DNA of 64,000 bases, taken from positions 587-64,586 of the forward strand of contig JAISKB010000005.1 of the NCBI GenBank assembly GCA_031261085.1, in the 5' to 3' direction. Below, piece by piece: positions 39,722 to 50,471 of this stretch. The notes under the pieces were generated by a model that saw nothing but the letters and a program-made list of their open reading frames with translations, had not been told where the DNA came from and searched no databases. The translations under genes were made by a program, and so were the position numbers. The first letter of the stretch is position 1. Each line of letters starts with the position of its first letter. The DNA comes from Christensenellaceae bacterium (GTDB taxonomy: Bacteria > Bacillota > Clostridia > Christensenellales > CAG-138).

Positions 39722-42142
39722 CTAGGTTTTGTAGGCGCCTACCACCACATCATCGAGCAGCGCCATAACCAGCAGCATACCCTTGCCCGCCCGCGCCTCT
39801 ATGAGCACCTGCTCGGTATTGACGGGCGTGAGCGTGCCGTGCAGTTGCTCCACTATAAAGTCGAAGGGCTGGCGCACATAAAACGCGGCGGCAATGGCCA
39901 TGCCGTTTGAGCCGTTCTTTTTAAAATCGAAGGACTTTAGCCCCTTGCCGTTGCGCCCCTGCAATTCGTGGTCAAACACGAAGCTGCGTTTGGCATATCC
40001 CCTGTCGGATATGGTGAGTATTTCGCCCTCCTCCCCCATTTGCTCGGCAAACAGCACCGCATCGCCGCTCTCCAGCTTCATGCACTTCACGCCGCCGGAT
40101 ACCCGGCCCATTTCGGGTACGCTGCCCGCCGCGAAGCGTATGCTCATGCCCATGCGGGAAAGCAGCAGTATGGTATCTTCTTTTTGCGGCTGCACGCCAA
40201 GCAGCGTATCGCCATCCTTTAGGGATATGGCCGACACCCGGCGCGTGCGCGTGTTGTATTCGCCGCCCTGTGTACATTTCACATTGCCCAAGCGCGTGAA
40301 GAAATAGAGTTTTTCTTCGGTATCCTCCAGGCAGGCCACCACGTTTTCATCCTTTTCGAACGCGATGAGCGCGCTTAAGTTGGCGGGCTTTGCCTGTATG
40401 CGCGTTTCGGGTATCTCCTCTACCGGCAGCATCACGCAAGCGCCCAAATCGGTGAACAGGCGCAGCCGCTTATCGGTGGCGGTATGGATGGTAAACAGCG
40501 GTTTTTCGCTTAGAAGCTGCTCCGCGGCATACAGCCGCTTGGGTATGCGGCGTATTTTGCCGCCCGCCAGCAGTATAATCACCGCATCCTCCACCACTTT
40601 TACATCCTCTTCGGCCACGGTGATTTCATGCTCGCCCTCTATCAATTTGGTGCGGCGGGGCAGGGCATAGGCATCCCGCACGGCCTTGAGCTGGGTTTTT
40701 ATCACCCTGCGCAGCTTGGCGGGCGAAGCCAAAATGGCTTCCAGCTCCTTGATTAGTGTAAGCAGCTGCTCGTACTCGGTTTTGATGGCGAGCAGCTCCA
40801 GGTTGGTGAGCCGCTGCAAGCGTAAATCCAATATGGCCTGCGCCTGCACCTCGCTTAGTTTAAAGGTTTGCATCAGGCCTTCCCGCGCTTCTTTGGGCGT
40901 TTTGGAAGCCCGTATCAGCGCGATGACCGCATCGATGTTGGCGATGGCTATCATAAGCCCCTGCAGTATATGCTCCCGCCGTTTGGCGGCGTCCAGGTCA
41001 TATTGCGTGCAGCGGCGCACGACTTCTTCCTGATGGCGGATGTAATGCGCCAGCATCGCCTTAAGGCCCAGCTGCTGCGGCTTGCCCTCTGCAATGGCCA
41101 CCATGTTTACGCCGAAGGTCGTCTGCAAATCGCTGTATTTATAGAGGTATTGCAGTATCTTTTCGGCATCCGCATCCCGTTTTATTTCGATGACCGCGCG
41201 CATGCCGGTGCGGTCGCTCTCATCGCGTATATCGCCAATGCCATAAAACAGCGTTTTTTTATCTTGGCTGACGTGCAAAATCTTTTCGAGCGCCATGGCC
41301 TTGTTGACCTGATAGGGCAGCTCGGTGATGACGATCAGCTTTTTGCCGTTTTTTTCATCTTCAATATGTGTTTTGGCCCGCATGGTAAGCTTGCCGCGCC
41401 CCGTTTCGTAGGCCGTGCGTATCTCATCGCTGTGCAAGATATAGCCGCCGGTCGGGAAATCCGGGCAGGGAAGCACGCGCATCAGCGCATCGAGCGAAAC
41501 GCCGGGGTCGTCCATTTGCAGTATCACGGCGTCTATGGTTTCGGCCAGGTTATGCGGTGGTATGTTGGTGGCCAGCCCCACCGCAATGCCGCTGGCGCCG
41601 TTTACCAGCAGGTTGGGGAAGCGCCCGGGGAGCAAGTCCGGCTCCTTCAGCGTATCGTCGAAGTTGAGGCTGAACTTGACCGTCTCTTTATCGATATCCC
41701 GCAGCAGCTCCATCGCCAAGGGCGTCATGCGGGCCTCTGTATACCGCATGGCGGCGGCGCTGTCGCCATCTACACTGCCAAAGTTGCCATGCCCATCCAC
41801 CAGGGGCATCTGCATGTTGAAGCCCTGCGCCATGCGCACCATGGCATCGTATACCGAGGTGTCGCCATGCGGGTGGTACTTGCCCAGGCAGTCCCCCACG
41901 ATGCGCGCGCTTTTGCGGTGCGGCTTATCCGGCTGGAGCCCAAGCTCCAGCATCGTGTATAGAATGCGCCGCTGCACGGGCTTTAAGCCATCCTCCACGC
42001 GGGGCAGCGCGCGCTCCATAATGACGTATTCGGCATAGGGTATCATGGAATCGTGCATCACCACATCCATGCTTTTGATTATGATGGTTTCGCCCCGTGG
42101 GGGCAGCTGCTCTCCCGTTTTTTGCTTAGCCAAGCCGCTCAC
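39722..42142 (-). CDS. Type IIA DNA topoisomerase subunit A (GyrA/ParC family). The KPVQRR motif and non-oriC context favour a ParC/topo IV-like assignment.
   Basis: [40 protein letters not shown], catalytic-Tyr region [11 protein letters not shown]; 806 aa. GTG/TTG start, exact codon uncertain. Confidence 0.9.
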   Translation of the reverse strand: MSGLAKQKTGEQLPPRGETIIIKSMDVVMHDSMIPYAEYVIMERALPRVEDGLKPVQRRILYTMLELGLQPDKPHRKSARIVGDCLGKYHPHGDTSVYDAMVRMAQGFNMQMPLVDGHGNFGSVDGDSAAAMRYTEARMTPLAMELLRDIDKETVKFSLNFDDTLKEPDLLPGRFPNLLVNGASGIAVGLATNIPPHNLAETIDAVILQMDDPGVSLDALMRVLPCPDFPTGGYILHSDEIRTAYETGRGKLTMRAKTHIEDEKNGKKLIVITELPYQVNKAMALEKILHVSQDKKTLFYGIGDIRDESDRTGMRAVIEIKRDADAEKILQYLYKYSDLQTTFGVNMVAIAEGKPQQLGLKAMLAHYIRHQEEVVRRCTQYDLDAAKRREHILQGLMIAIANIDAVIALIRASKTPKEAREGLMQTFKLSEVQAQAILDLRLQRLTNLELLAIKTEYEQLLTLIKELEAILASPAKLRRVIKTQLKAVRDAYALPRRTKLIEGEHEITVAEEDVKVVEDAVIILLAGGKIRRIPKRLYAAEQLLSEKPLFTIHTATDKRLRLFTDLGACVMLPVEEIPETRIQAKPANLSALIAFEKDENVVACLEDTEEKLYFFTRLGNVKCTQGGEYNTRTRRVSAISLKDGDTLLGVQPQKEDTILLLSRMGMSIRFAAGSVPEMGRVSGGVKCMKLESGDAVLFAEQMGEEGEILTISDRGYAKRSFVFDHELQGRNGKGLKSFDFKKNGSNGMAIAAAFYVRQPFDFIVEQLHGTLTPVNTEQVLIEARAGKGMLLVMALLDDVVVGAYKT

Positions 42143-44105
42143 CTCCCGCCTGCGCGTCCAGCTTGCTCTCGAAGCTGTCTACTTTATTGAAATTGGCAAA
42201 CTCGCTGATGTATTCCTTGCGGGGCGCCACCTTATCCCCCATTAAAATGGTTACAAGGTGCTCCACATCCGCCGCGTCCTCGATTTCGACCTGTATGAGG
42301 GAGCGGTTTTCGGGGTTCATGGTGGTTTCCCACAGCTGTTCGGGGTTCATTTCGCCCAAGCCCTTGTAACGCTGCACGGTATACCCCTTGCCCATCTTTG
42401 CGGAGGCCTCGTTGAGCTCGACATCGTTATAGGCATACACCAAATCCTTGCCCTTTTGCACCTTATACAACGGCGGCAGGCCAATGTACACATGCCCATC
42501 CGTAATGAGCTCCTTCATATAGCGGTAAAAGAACGTGAGCAGTATGGAGCGTATATGCGCGCCGTCCTGATCGGCATCCGCCAATATAATCACCTTATTG
42601 TAGCGCAGGCCGGATAGGTCGAAATCCTCGCCTATGCCGGTGCCCACCGCCGTGATGATGGAACGAAATTCCTCATTGGCGATGACCTGATCGAGCCGCT
42701 TTTTTTCTACGTTGAGCGGCTTGCCCCGAATGGGCAATATGGCCTGAAACCGCCTATCCCGCCCCTGCTTGGCGCTGCCGCCCGCGCTGTCCCCCTCCAC
42801 GATAAACATCTCGTTGAGCTGCGGGTTGCGGCCCGTGCAGCTGGACAGCTTGCCCACCAGGGGCGCGTTTTCCAACTTGTTCTTCTCGCGGGCCATGTTT
42901 TTGGCCTTGCGGGCTGTTTCGCGCACATGCGCCGCCTTTATGGCCTTATCCGCAATGCCGGCAGCCAGCTCGGCATGCTTTAAATCCTCCAAAAAGGGCG
43001 TGAGCTGCTCCGCTACCACATACTCGACCGCCGGGCGGGCCTCGGTGTTGCCCAGCCGCGTTTTCGTCTGGCCCTCGAATTGAATGTTCCGCATTTTGAG
43101 CGAAATAACCGCCGTAATGCCTTCGCGGAAATCCTCGCCCGAAAGGGAAGGGTCTTTATCCTTTAAAATGTCGGCTTTGCGGCAATAATCGTTGAGCACC
43201 TTGGTGAGCGCCGCCTTAAAGCCCGTTTCGTGCGTGCCGCCCTCGGTGGTGGGTATGTTGTTTACATAGGAGAATATGCTCTCGGTATAGCCATCGTTGT
43301 GCTGCAGGGCAATATCCACACCTATGCCGTCCTTGCTGCCCTGTATATGGATGGGCTCCGCGTAGAGCGCCGTTTTATCTTCATTGATATGCTTTACGAA
43401 GTCTGAAAGCCCGCCCTCAAAGCAATATTCCTTTTCGCGCTTATGGCCGTATTCCCGTTCATCCAGCAGCGCAAAAGTCACGCTCTTATTTAAATAAGCC
43501 AGCTCTCTTAAGCGCTTGGCGATTGCTTCAAAGCTCATATCCAGCGTTTCGAACACACGCTTATCCGGCAAAAATGTGATTTTGCTCCCCCTCTTTCGCG
43601 TGCGGCCCTCCTCACTCAGCGGCCCCATGGGCTGACCCGAGCGTATCTTCCCCGCTTTATCGGCATAGCTGCGGAAGGTTTGGCGGTATATTTTGCCGTT
43701 AGCCGCCACCTCGGCCTCCAAATATTCGCTCAGCGCGTTCACCACGCTGGCGCCCACGCCATGCAGCCCGCCGGAATAGCTGTAGCTGTCGTTATCGAAC
43801 TTACCGCCCGCGTGCAGCTGCGTAAACACGACCTCCACGCCGCTTACCCCCAGCTTTTCGTGTATGCCCACGGGGATGCCGCGCCCGTTATCCTCCACCG
43901 TGACGGATTTATCCCGGTGCAGCGTGACCTGTACGCGGTCGGCATAGCCGTTGGCGGCTTCGTCCACCGCGTTATCCACGATTTCCCACAGCATGTGGTG
44001 CAGCCCTCTTTGGCCCGTGCTGCCGATATACATGCCCGGCCGCATACGCACGGCCTCCAGCCCTTCCATTACCTTTATATCGCTTACAGTATATTCCTTC
44101 GTCAT
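42126..44105 (-). CDS. Type IIA DNA topoisomerase subunit B (GyrB/ParE family)
   Basis: [28 protein letters not shown], Toprim [28 protein letters not shown] 44105 has SD GGAG 8 nt upstream. Confidence 0.92.
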   Translation of the reverse strand: MTKEYTVSDIKVMEGLEAVRMRPGMYIGSTGQRGLHHMLWEIVDNAVDEAANGYADRVQVTLHRDKSVTVEDNGRGIPVGIHEKLGVSGVEVVFTQLHAGGKFDNDSYSYSGGLHGVGASVVNALSEYLEAEVAANGKIYRQTFRSYADKAGKIRSGQPMGPLSEEGRTRKRGSKITFLPDKRVFETLDMSFEAIAKRLRELAYLNKSVTFALLDEREYGHKREKEYCFEGGLSDFVKHINEDKTALYAEPIHIQGSKDGIGVDIALQHNDGYTESIFSYVNNIPTTEGGTHETGFKAALTKVLNDYCRKADILKDKDPSLSGEDFREGITAVISLKMRNIQFEGQTKTRLGNTEARPAVEYVVAEQLTPFLEDLKHAELAAGIADKAIKAAHVRETARKAKNMAREKNKLENAPLVGKLSSCTGRNPQLNEMFIVEGDSAGGSAKQGRDRRFQAILPIRGKPLNVEKKRLDQVIANEEFRSIITAVGTGIGEDFDLSGLRYNKVIILADADQDGAHIRSILLTFFYRYMKELITDGHVYIGLPPLYKVQKGKDLVYAYNDVELNEASAKMGKGYTVQRYKGLGEMNPEQLWETTMNPENRSLIQVEIEDAADVEHLVTILMGDKVAPRKEYISEFANFNKVDSFESKLDAQAGGERLG

Positions 44106-44295
44106 GTCGCTCACTCCGTCTTCTGGTTTGGCGGGCAAAAGAAACGCGGTTTTTCGCCTTGGCCGCATACAAAAAGCCGCCCCGCCAAAGCGTATATACC
44201 CAGCAACTCCCCGCTATCACTCGATTTTTAATTATACCCTTTTTTTGGCCCCCTGTACAGTTGATAACATAGCGCACGCCGGCATCGGATGCGCT

Positions 44296-44333
44296 AAAAA
44301 AGCAAAAAAGTTCCCCCTCCGCACGGGAGGGGG
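44296..44333 (-). terminator. Rho-independent terminator of the deacetylase gene
   Basis: Minus strand CCCCCTCC-CGTGC-GGAGGGGG followed by AACTTTTTTGCTTTTTT. Confidence 0.7.
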
Positions 44334-44361
44334 CTACAGGGTGACGCAGAGCGCGCGTTTT

Positions 44362-45837
44362 TTATTTTTGCCCACGCTTATACACGGCGCCCGCCTGCAC
44401 CGTATTGCCGCCATAGGTGAGCAATTCCGTTACCGTAACCAGCTGATACCCCTGCTCTATCAGCGCGGGAATTACGCGCTCCATGGCATCGCCGGTTTCG
44501 GAGAACAGGTCGTGGCACAGTATAATGCTGCCATCCTTCACCTGATCCATAATGCGCTGATAGGTTTTGTCGGAATTGCGGGTTTTCCAATCCTCCGTGT
44601 CGATAGACCAGGTTACAATGGCCATACCCAATTCCTTCGCCACGGATTTTACCGTATCGTTTACCGACCCATAGGGCGGGCGGAGGAATGTCGTAGGCTG
44701 GCCGGTGATGGCCTTCACGGCATCGGAGGTGGATTTGATTTGCTTGCGAATCTCATCGTGCGAAAGGTTGGTGAGCTTCGCATGCTCCCAGGTATGGTTG
44801 GAAACCTCGGAGCCCTGCGCATAGATTTGCAGCACCGTATCCTTGCGGTTGTTGATGCGGTTGCCCACCAGGCAGAACGTGGCCCGCGCGTTGTACTGCC
44901 GCAGCAAGGCCAAGATGCGTTCCGTAGTCCCGCTGGGGCCGTCGTCGAAGGTAAGCGCCACCATGGGCCCATCCTGCAAAACCTGCCCGCTGGTGTAAAT
45001 CGTCTCCGGCGTATCGGTCGGCTCGGGCGTATCCTGCGCGCTTTGCGCGAGCGGCGTTTGCGCAAGCGCAACCGCATCGCCCAGCTCCTCATACGATAGG
45101 AATATCCGCTGCGTGCCCAGCACAGTAGGCAGCTGCCCGCGCTCCAGGCAAAAGATGATGCCCTCCGGCTGCAGCAAGGGCTGCGCCAGCCAGCTGGTAT
45201 CCATGTCGTCGAGCGCGCCTTCCAGCTCTGGATATTTTGCCAACAATTGCTGCTTGAGCAGCCCGAATATGCGCGCATGGCCCTGTTCGGGCACAAGCGC
45301 ATCGACGGGTATAATCGCGCCGGTTTGCAGGTTGATATTGAATGTTTTTATGATATCGACCGGGTGCGCCATCGCCGAATGCGAGAACATGCCGTTCTCC
45401 TCCACGCTGGCATAGGTATCGTCTATTTTATAGGTGCTAAAGTTAAAGCTCAATTCGCCTTCGAGCGATGCATCCTGCGCATACAGCGCTTCGATTTCCT
45501 CCGTTTTTTCTTGCATCACATCGGACGCCCATTTTGCGATGGTTTCATCTACCGCGGCGGAAACGCCCGTAACCGGGTAAAATATGGTTGCGGAAAAATA
45601 AGGCAGGGATTCAATCAGCGAAACCGGCTCGCCTATCTCTATAACCGAGGTTTGCGCGGGCGGTTCCGGCACCGCGTTAGGGCCCGCCTCAGCGGGCTCG
45701 TCAGCAGGATCCAGTATTTCGACCACGGGCACCGGGTCTACCGGCACTACCGGCAAAGCCGCTTCATTGGAGCGTGTGGTGCAACCGGCTGTAAAAGCCA
45801 GTGAAACAGCCAAAAGAATAAGGAGTACGCGTCGCAT
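44362..45837 (-). CDS. PdaC-like lipoprotein: DUF3298/DUF4163-type domain plus NodB polysaccharide deacetylase domain
   Basis: Lipobox LAFTAGC. NodB motifs LTFDDGPS, SNHTWEH, LCHDL. The N-terminal half resembles the RsiV/PdaC module. Confidence 0.8.
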   Translation of the reverse strand: MRRVLLILLAVSLAFTAGCTTRSNEAALPVVPVDPVPVVEILDPADEPAEAGPNAVPEPPAQTSVIEIGEPVSLIESLPYFSATIFYPVTGVSAAVDETIAKWASDVMQEKTEEIEALYAQDASLEGELSFNFSTYKIDDTYASVEENGMFSHSAMAHPVDIIKTFNINLQTGAIIPVDALVPEQGHARIFGLLKQQLLAKYPELEGALDDMDTSWLAQPLLQPEGIIFCLERGQLPTVLGTQRIFLSYEELGDAVALAQTPLAQSAQDTPEPTDTPETIYTSGQVLQDGPMVALTFDDGPSGTTERILALLRQYNARATFCLVGNRINNRKDTVLQIYAQGSEVSNHTWEHAKLTNLSHDEIRKQIKSTSDAVKAITGQPTTFLRPPYGSVNDTVKSVAKELGMAIVTWSIDTEDWKTRNSDKTYQRIMDQVKDGSIILCHDLFSETGDAMERVIPALIEQGYQLVTVTELLTYGGNTVQAGAVYKRGQK

Positions 45838-46048
45838 TCAATACCTCGCTTGCAATCTCTTCATATTTTACAGCCAATGCCCCAGTGAAAATTCGCACAT
45901 CTATTGTAAAATATGGTTGTTTTATATAATTAAGTATAGTATAACACAAAATCCGCAGGGGAACAGACATGTTGGCAGCCCATTTTATGAACAAATATGG
46001 AACATACGCCACCTTGGCGCGCTTTTAAGCAATGCGCAGCTGTGCTTT

Positions 46049-47866
46049 TTATTTTATCACAACCCCAATGATCTTTTGCGGCTCGCCGCTGCCATATTGG
46101 CCCTGCGTGCCCACCACGAGTATGTTGTTGAATACCGCCGGGGTCGATTCCACGCGGGAGCCCAAATCCACCTCGCAGATGACATCCCCCGTGGCGGCGT
46201 CGTGCATGCGCAGCATGCCGCTGCGGTCGCACTGCAGCAGGCGCGCCACGCCCTGCGCATCATAGATGGCGACAGGGCTGCTCCAATACCCCGCCGTTTG
46301 GGCATAGCGCCAAACCTCCTTGCCGGTGGCTTTGTTGTAGGCAATCAGCAGCCCGCCATAGCCATCCTGCCCCTCCAACTGCACTGCTACATCGGCGCAG
46401 GCAAAAATGACCAGGTTATTTAGGGCAGCGTGCCCCACATGCGGCGTGGCCAGCGTGCCGCCCTCCACCAGCGCGGGTATCTTGTTTTCCCACACGGTTT
46501 GGCCGGTTATCGCGTTGATTTTGCGGTGCACCGTAACCCCCGTCGCGCCCGACGCGAGTTGCTTGCTCACCTTATTGGCCGTATATAAATAGACCGTGCC
46601 CTCCTGCGGCGCTTCTTCCATCACGATGGAGGCGTCGGTATCGTCGGATACATCCTTGAGGTAAACCAAATCCATCGTGTTGAGGTTGACGCACTGCAAA
46701 TTGCCGCCGTTATCGGCAAAAAAGGCGTATTCGCGCCATGCCGCCACCGAATCCTCCATGCCCCACCAGCGGCGGCGCTCGCTTTCGCCATAGCCGGATG
46801 CCGTGTAGCGGTATTTTTGCAGCCGGTCGGGGTGCAGGGTGAGCGTGCCCGCGACCGAGTCATAAACGGTGTTGAGCTTCACGGTATAGAGCACGCCGTT
46901 CTCGCCCACCTCGATGAGGGTATCCGTTGCGGCGGAAAGCAGCGGGCTCGCGTCAAACGCCTGCCATATGCGCAGCGAAAAGGGATCCCGCCCGCCAAAG
47001 TTCCATATCTCTTTGTTCTCTATCAGCGAAATGGCGCGCACCCAGGCGCCGTTGGTTTCCTTCTGCTCGGTGGGGGTGGGTATGCCCTGCCCCACAAACA
47101 GGAGCGGATACCCGCGCGGATCCAGCATGGCCGTGCCCTTGAGCACCTGCCCCAGCCTGATAGGCTCCCGCGTTTTATTGCCGGTGCCCAGCTCCAAAAA
47201 GTAGATGCTGCCATCCATAGCCGGGTAAATCACCTCGGTAAAGCCCTCTTTGGCCTTAAACACATCGTATACGCCCAGCGTGGCGCGCACCTCGTCGCTC
47301 CATTGTATGATGAGCGGCTGCCCCGTCCACCCGGTGCCCTTCCAGGTGCCGTTTCCTTCGGTGGCCAGCGCGCCTGTGGCCTGCTCCCAACTGCGGTTTA
47401 GCCTGCCCTCGTTCACCACCTGCTCGCCGTAGGTAAAGCTGTTGCGCCAGTGGTTGCCGCCAAACGTCGTGATGCCGCGCGCGGCGGCATACTCCGCATC
47501 CGCGCCAAAGCGTATGGGCTGTTCCCGCACAAAGCTGCTCTCCATCGTTTTGTTTACCATCAGCGCGCGGGAAAAGCCTACCGATTGCGCAAACTGCATA
47601 TCCTGCTGCGGGGCAAGGCCCTCGGAGATGCCCTGCGCCACCGGCGGGAGGAGCGCGGGCGTGGGCTGCGCGGCCGCGGGCGGTTCATTTTGTGTTAACC
47701 CAAACCGCGCGCGCACCCAGGCAACGCCGCCGGCCCCCAGCTTATATATGCCAAAGCCCGCCGCCACCACCAGACCAAAAGCTATAAGCAGCAATACCAG
47801 GCGGCGCTTCGCATATTTGCCGCCCCGCATACGCTTGCGTTTTGCGCCGGTTTGCCTGCCTGCCAT
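46049..47866 (-). CDS. N-terminally membrane-anchored beta-propeller (PQQ/BamB-like repeat) protein
   Basis: Basic N-terminus plus TM (RRLVLLLIAFGLVVAAGFGIY). Recurrent ..DG.IY..d..tG...W motifs, e.g. DGSIYFLELGTGN, GMLRMHDAATGDVICEVDLG. SD AAGGAGGGAGC directly upstream. Confidence 0.6.
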   Translation of the reverse strand: MAGRQTGAKRKRMRGGKYAKRRLVLLLIAFGLVVAAGFGIYKLGAGGVAWVRARFGLTQNEPPAAAQPTPALLPPVAQGISEGLAPQQDMQFAQSVGFSRALMVNKTMESSFVREQPIRFGADAEYAAARGITTFGGNHWRNSFTYGEQVVNEGRLNRSWEQATGALATEGNGTWKGTGWTGQPLIIQWSDEVRATLGVYDVFKAKEGFTEVIYPAMDGSIYFLELGTGNKTREPIRLGQVLKGTAMLDPRGYPLLFVGQGIPTPTEQKETNGAWVRAISLIENKEIWNFGGRDPFSLRIWQAFDASPLLSAATDTLIEVGENGVLYTVKLNTVYDSVAGTLTLHPDRLQKYRYTASGYGESERRRWWGMEDSVAAWREYAFFADNGGNLQCVNLNTMDLVYLKDVSDDTDASIVMEEAPQEGTVYLYTANKVSKQLASGATGVTVHRKINAITGQTVWENKIPALVEGGTLATPHVGHAALNNLVIFACADVAVQLEGQDGYGGLLIAYNKATGKEVWRYAQTAGYWSSPVAIYDAQGVARLLQCDRSGMLRMHDAATGDVICEVDLGSRVESTPAVFNNILVVGTQGQYGSGEPQKIIGVVIK

Positions 47867-47875
47867 GCTCCCTCC

Positions 47876-48814
47876 TTATTGCCCCGCCGCGATACCCTGC
47901 GCGGACTGCGCACCCTTGCTGCCCGCAAACGCGATGCTGCCCTTGCCGCTTTCGAAGCGGGGCTTTGGCGTGCACGCGCCCAGCACGGTGATGTCCTCCA
48001 GCTGTTCAAACAAAAACAGCCCTGCGCCCTTTGCGCCGCCCTTGGCCTGGATGGTGACCGTGCCCTCCACGCTGAGCGCGCCCAGCTCCGCGCCATGGTA
48101 TTCGCCCTTATTCTCTACCGTGCAGGCCGAGCCTTCCTTCATAATCAGCGTACCCGCGCACCGCAGCGCGTTGTAGTTCATATCCGTATAGGCCGAAAGC
48201 CGCGAACCGGCCTCCAGCGAAATATCATCTTCCTCGGCGCTTATGCCCCCCAGCGGCCCCTGTGCCGAAAGGGCGGCGCCGCTTTGCAACGTGATGCTCC
48301 CGGCCTGCACGCCGATGCCCTTATTGGCCGTTACCGCAATATCGCTGCCGGTCAAAATCACGATTTCCTTCGTGCCGCGTATGCCGTTGCCGCCGCCCAA
48401 AATCGTGGCGCCTCTGCCACCCAGCTTCGCATCCCCCAAAAAGCCTATCGCATCCGCCCCGCCGTGGAGCGTGAGGTTGTTGAGCGTGACGCTGCAGCCA
48501 TCCTCCAGCCTAAGCACGCAATCCCCCGCGCCCGAAAGCGTAAACCCATTGCCCTCGATGGTGATGTTGTTGCGCGCCTGCGTTACGCAGAGCATGGCAT
48601 TCTCCAGGCTGATATCCGCGGCAAGCACCGCGACATCGCCTTCGCCGCGCGCAAAAAACGTGAGCAGATCCTCCGCCGTTACTATGGAAGAGCCGCCTAT
48701 AGGGTCGGCCAAATCCACCAAGCCCGCGCGCCCCTGCTCGCCCCGCCCCGTACAGGCGCAAAGCAGGCAAAGGGCCAGGGCCAGCGTTAAGACAGTGCAT
48801 GGTTTTATCTTCAT
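47876..48814 (-). CDS. Putative lipoprotein with right-handed beta-helix-like repeats
   Basis: Start MKIKPCTVLTLALALCLLCAC at ATG 48814 (SD GAGG). Repetitive G-rich strands (ITIEGNGFTLSGAGD, VTLNNLTLHGGADAIG, ILTGSDIAVTANKGIG, ITLQSGAALSAQG). The 528-aa track ORF extends spuriously into the upstream gene. Confidence 0.55.
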   Translation of the reverse strand: MKIKPCTVLTLALALCLLCACTGRGEQGRAGLVDLADPIGGSSIVTAEDLLTFFARGEGDVAVLAADISLENAMLCVTQARNNITIEGNGFTLSGAGDCVLRLEDGCSVTLNNLTLHGGADAIGFLGDAKLGGRGATILGGGNGIRGTKEIVILTGSDIAVTANKGIGVQAGSITLQSGAALSAQGPLGGISAEEDDISLEAGSRLSAYTDMNYNALRCAGTLIMKEGSACTVENKGEYHGAELGALSVEGTVTIQAKGGAKGAGLFLFEQLEDITVLGACTPKPRFESGKGSIAFAGSKGAQSAQGIAAGQ

Positions 48815-48858
48815 ATGTACCTCGTTTCTTAAGAGCAGGCGTTGCCTACCCAGTGCTC

Positions 48859-50466
48859 TCATGCCGGGCGATACAGCGCCATAAGCCGCTGCGCCGCGCG
48901 CAGGCCGTCTACCGCCGCGCTCACGATGCCGCCCGCATAGCCCGCGCCCTCCCCCACCGGGTAAAGCCCCTTTAGCCGCGTAGCCTGCCCATCCTCTTGG
49001 CGCACGATGCGCACCGGCGCGCTGGTGCGGCTTTCTACCGCGGTAAGCACCGCGTCCCCCATGCCGAACCCATGCAGCTTGCGGCCAAACTGCAATATGC
49101 CCTCCCGTATGCCCTGTGCCACAAAATCGGGCAGGCAGCGCTGTAAACTTTCGGCGCGCACGCCGGGGCGGTAGGTGGGGCGCACCGCGCCAAAGCTGCT
49201 TTGCGCGCTGTTCGCCATAAAATCGCAGATGCGCTGCGCGGGTGCGGTGCCATCGCCGCCGCCCAACCGCCACGCCGCCTGCTCCAGCTCCTGCTGGAAG
49301 CGGAGGCCCGCCAAAGGATGCGCGCTGCGATAATCCCCCGCCCGCACCTGCACCACGATGGCCGCGTTGGATTGCGCCGCGCCGCGCGCAAAATCGCTCA
49401 TGCCGTTGGTCACCACCTGCATCGCCCCCGATGCCGAGGCGATGACCACGCCGCCCGGGCACATGCAGAACGTATATACGCCCCTGTCGCCCTGCCGCCC
49501 GGCCAAATGATATTCCGCCGCGCCCAAACGGGGGTGCCCCGCCATAGCGCCAAACTGCGCCGCGTCGATTACCTCACGCGGGTGCTCCACCCGCACGCCC
49601 ACAGCAAATTCCTTTTGCTGCAGCTCCAGGCCCATATCATACAGCAGCTGGTAGGTATCCCGCGCGCCCTGGCCCGTGGCCAATATGCAGGCGGCGCAGG
49701 GTATCATATCTTCTTTACCGGCATGCAGCACGCGCACCGCGCAAACGCGTCCGTCCTTTTGCTCTATGCCGGTCAGCTGCGCGCCAAAGCGGATATCGCC
49801 GCCCAGGCGAAGTATCTCCAGCCGCATATTGCGCACGGTTTGTATCAGCTTATCGGTGCCGATATGCGGCTTGGCCGCTGTGCGTATGCCTTGCGGCGCG
49901 CCGAATTGCGCAAGTATATCCAAAACGGTATGCGCGCGCGGATCTTTAATGCGGGTGGTCAGCTTGCCATCGCTAAAGGTGCCCGCGCCGCCTTCGCCAA
50001 ACATCACGTTGCTCTGCTCGTTTAGCCCCGCGCCCGAAAAATAGCCCTCCACCGCGCGGCTGCGGGCTTCCACCGCCTCGCCGCGTTCCAGCAAGATGGG
50101 GCGGTAGCCATAGTTTGCAAGCTGGTAAGCCGCAAACAGCCCCGCCGGCCCCATGCCCGCCACGATGATAGGCGCGGGCAGCGGGCATTCGCCCAGCTCG
50201 GGTTCCACAGGCGGCGCAAAACAGGCCTCGCTCACATTGCGCAGGCCCTTTTGGAGCAGCGCGGCTTCGAGCTTGCCGCTTAGCGTTACCTCCACCGTGC
50301 AGGAGAAGAAAATATCCTGCTTTTTGCGCGCATCCAGCGAGGAACGGCGCAAAATCAGGCTGCGAAGGTCGCTTTCGCCTACGCCAAGAGCCCTCGCTGC
50401 GATTTGGTTCAGCGAGGACTCCTCCGCCTGCAGCGGCAGCTTCAGTTCGGCGATGATCAATGGCAT
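48859..50466 (-). CDS. FAD-dependent oxidoreductase-like protein (COG2509-type)
   Basis: Rossmann motif IIVAGMGPAGLFAAYQLANYGYRPILLERG. C-terminal GLYPVGEGAGYAGGI. The start at ATG 50466 is 5 nt after the cdaR stop. Confidence 0.75.
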   Translation of the reverse strand: MPLIIAELKLPLQAEESSLNQIAARALGVGESDLRSLILRRSSLDARKKQDIFFSCTVEVTLSGKLEAALLQKGLRNVSEACFAPPVEPELGECPLPAPIIVAGMGPAGLFAAYQLANYGYRPILLERGEAVEARSRAVEGYFSGAGLNEQSNVMFGEGGAGTFSDGKLTTRIKDPRAHTVLDILAQFGAPQGIRTAAKPHIGTDKLIQTVRNMRLEILRLGGDIRFGAQLTGIEQKDGRVCAVRVLHAGKEDMIPCAACILATGQGARDTYQLLYDMGLELQQKEFAVGVRVEHPREVIDAAQFGAMAGHPRLGAAEYHLAGRQGDRGVYTFCMCPGGVVIASASGAMQVVTNGMSDFARGAAQSNAAIVVQVRAGDYRSAHPLAGLRFQQELEQAAWRLGGGDGTAPAQRICDFMANSAQSSFGAVRPTYRPGVRAESLQRCLPDFVAQGIREGILQFGRKLHGFGMGDAVLTAVESRTSAPVRIVRQEDGQATRLKGLYPVGEGAGYAGGIVSAAVDGLRAAQRLMALYRPA

Positions 50467-50471
50467 ATAGG

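Noticed and set aside
40868-41962. 364-aa plus-strand ORF
   Set aside because: Antisense to the topoisomerase A-subunit gene.
43951-45099. 382-aa plus-strand ORF
   Set aside because: It runs antisense across the topoisomerase B-subunit start, an intergenic terminator and the deacetylase gene, so it cannot be a single real gene.
47876-49462. 528-aa minus-strand ORF as listed in the track
   Set aside because: Its first ~215 codons overlap the FAD-protein gene out of frame and are Arg/Gly/Ala filler. A signal-peptide start with an SD occurs at 48814, so only 47876..48814 was called.
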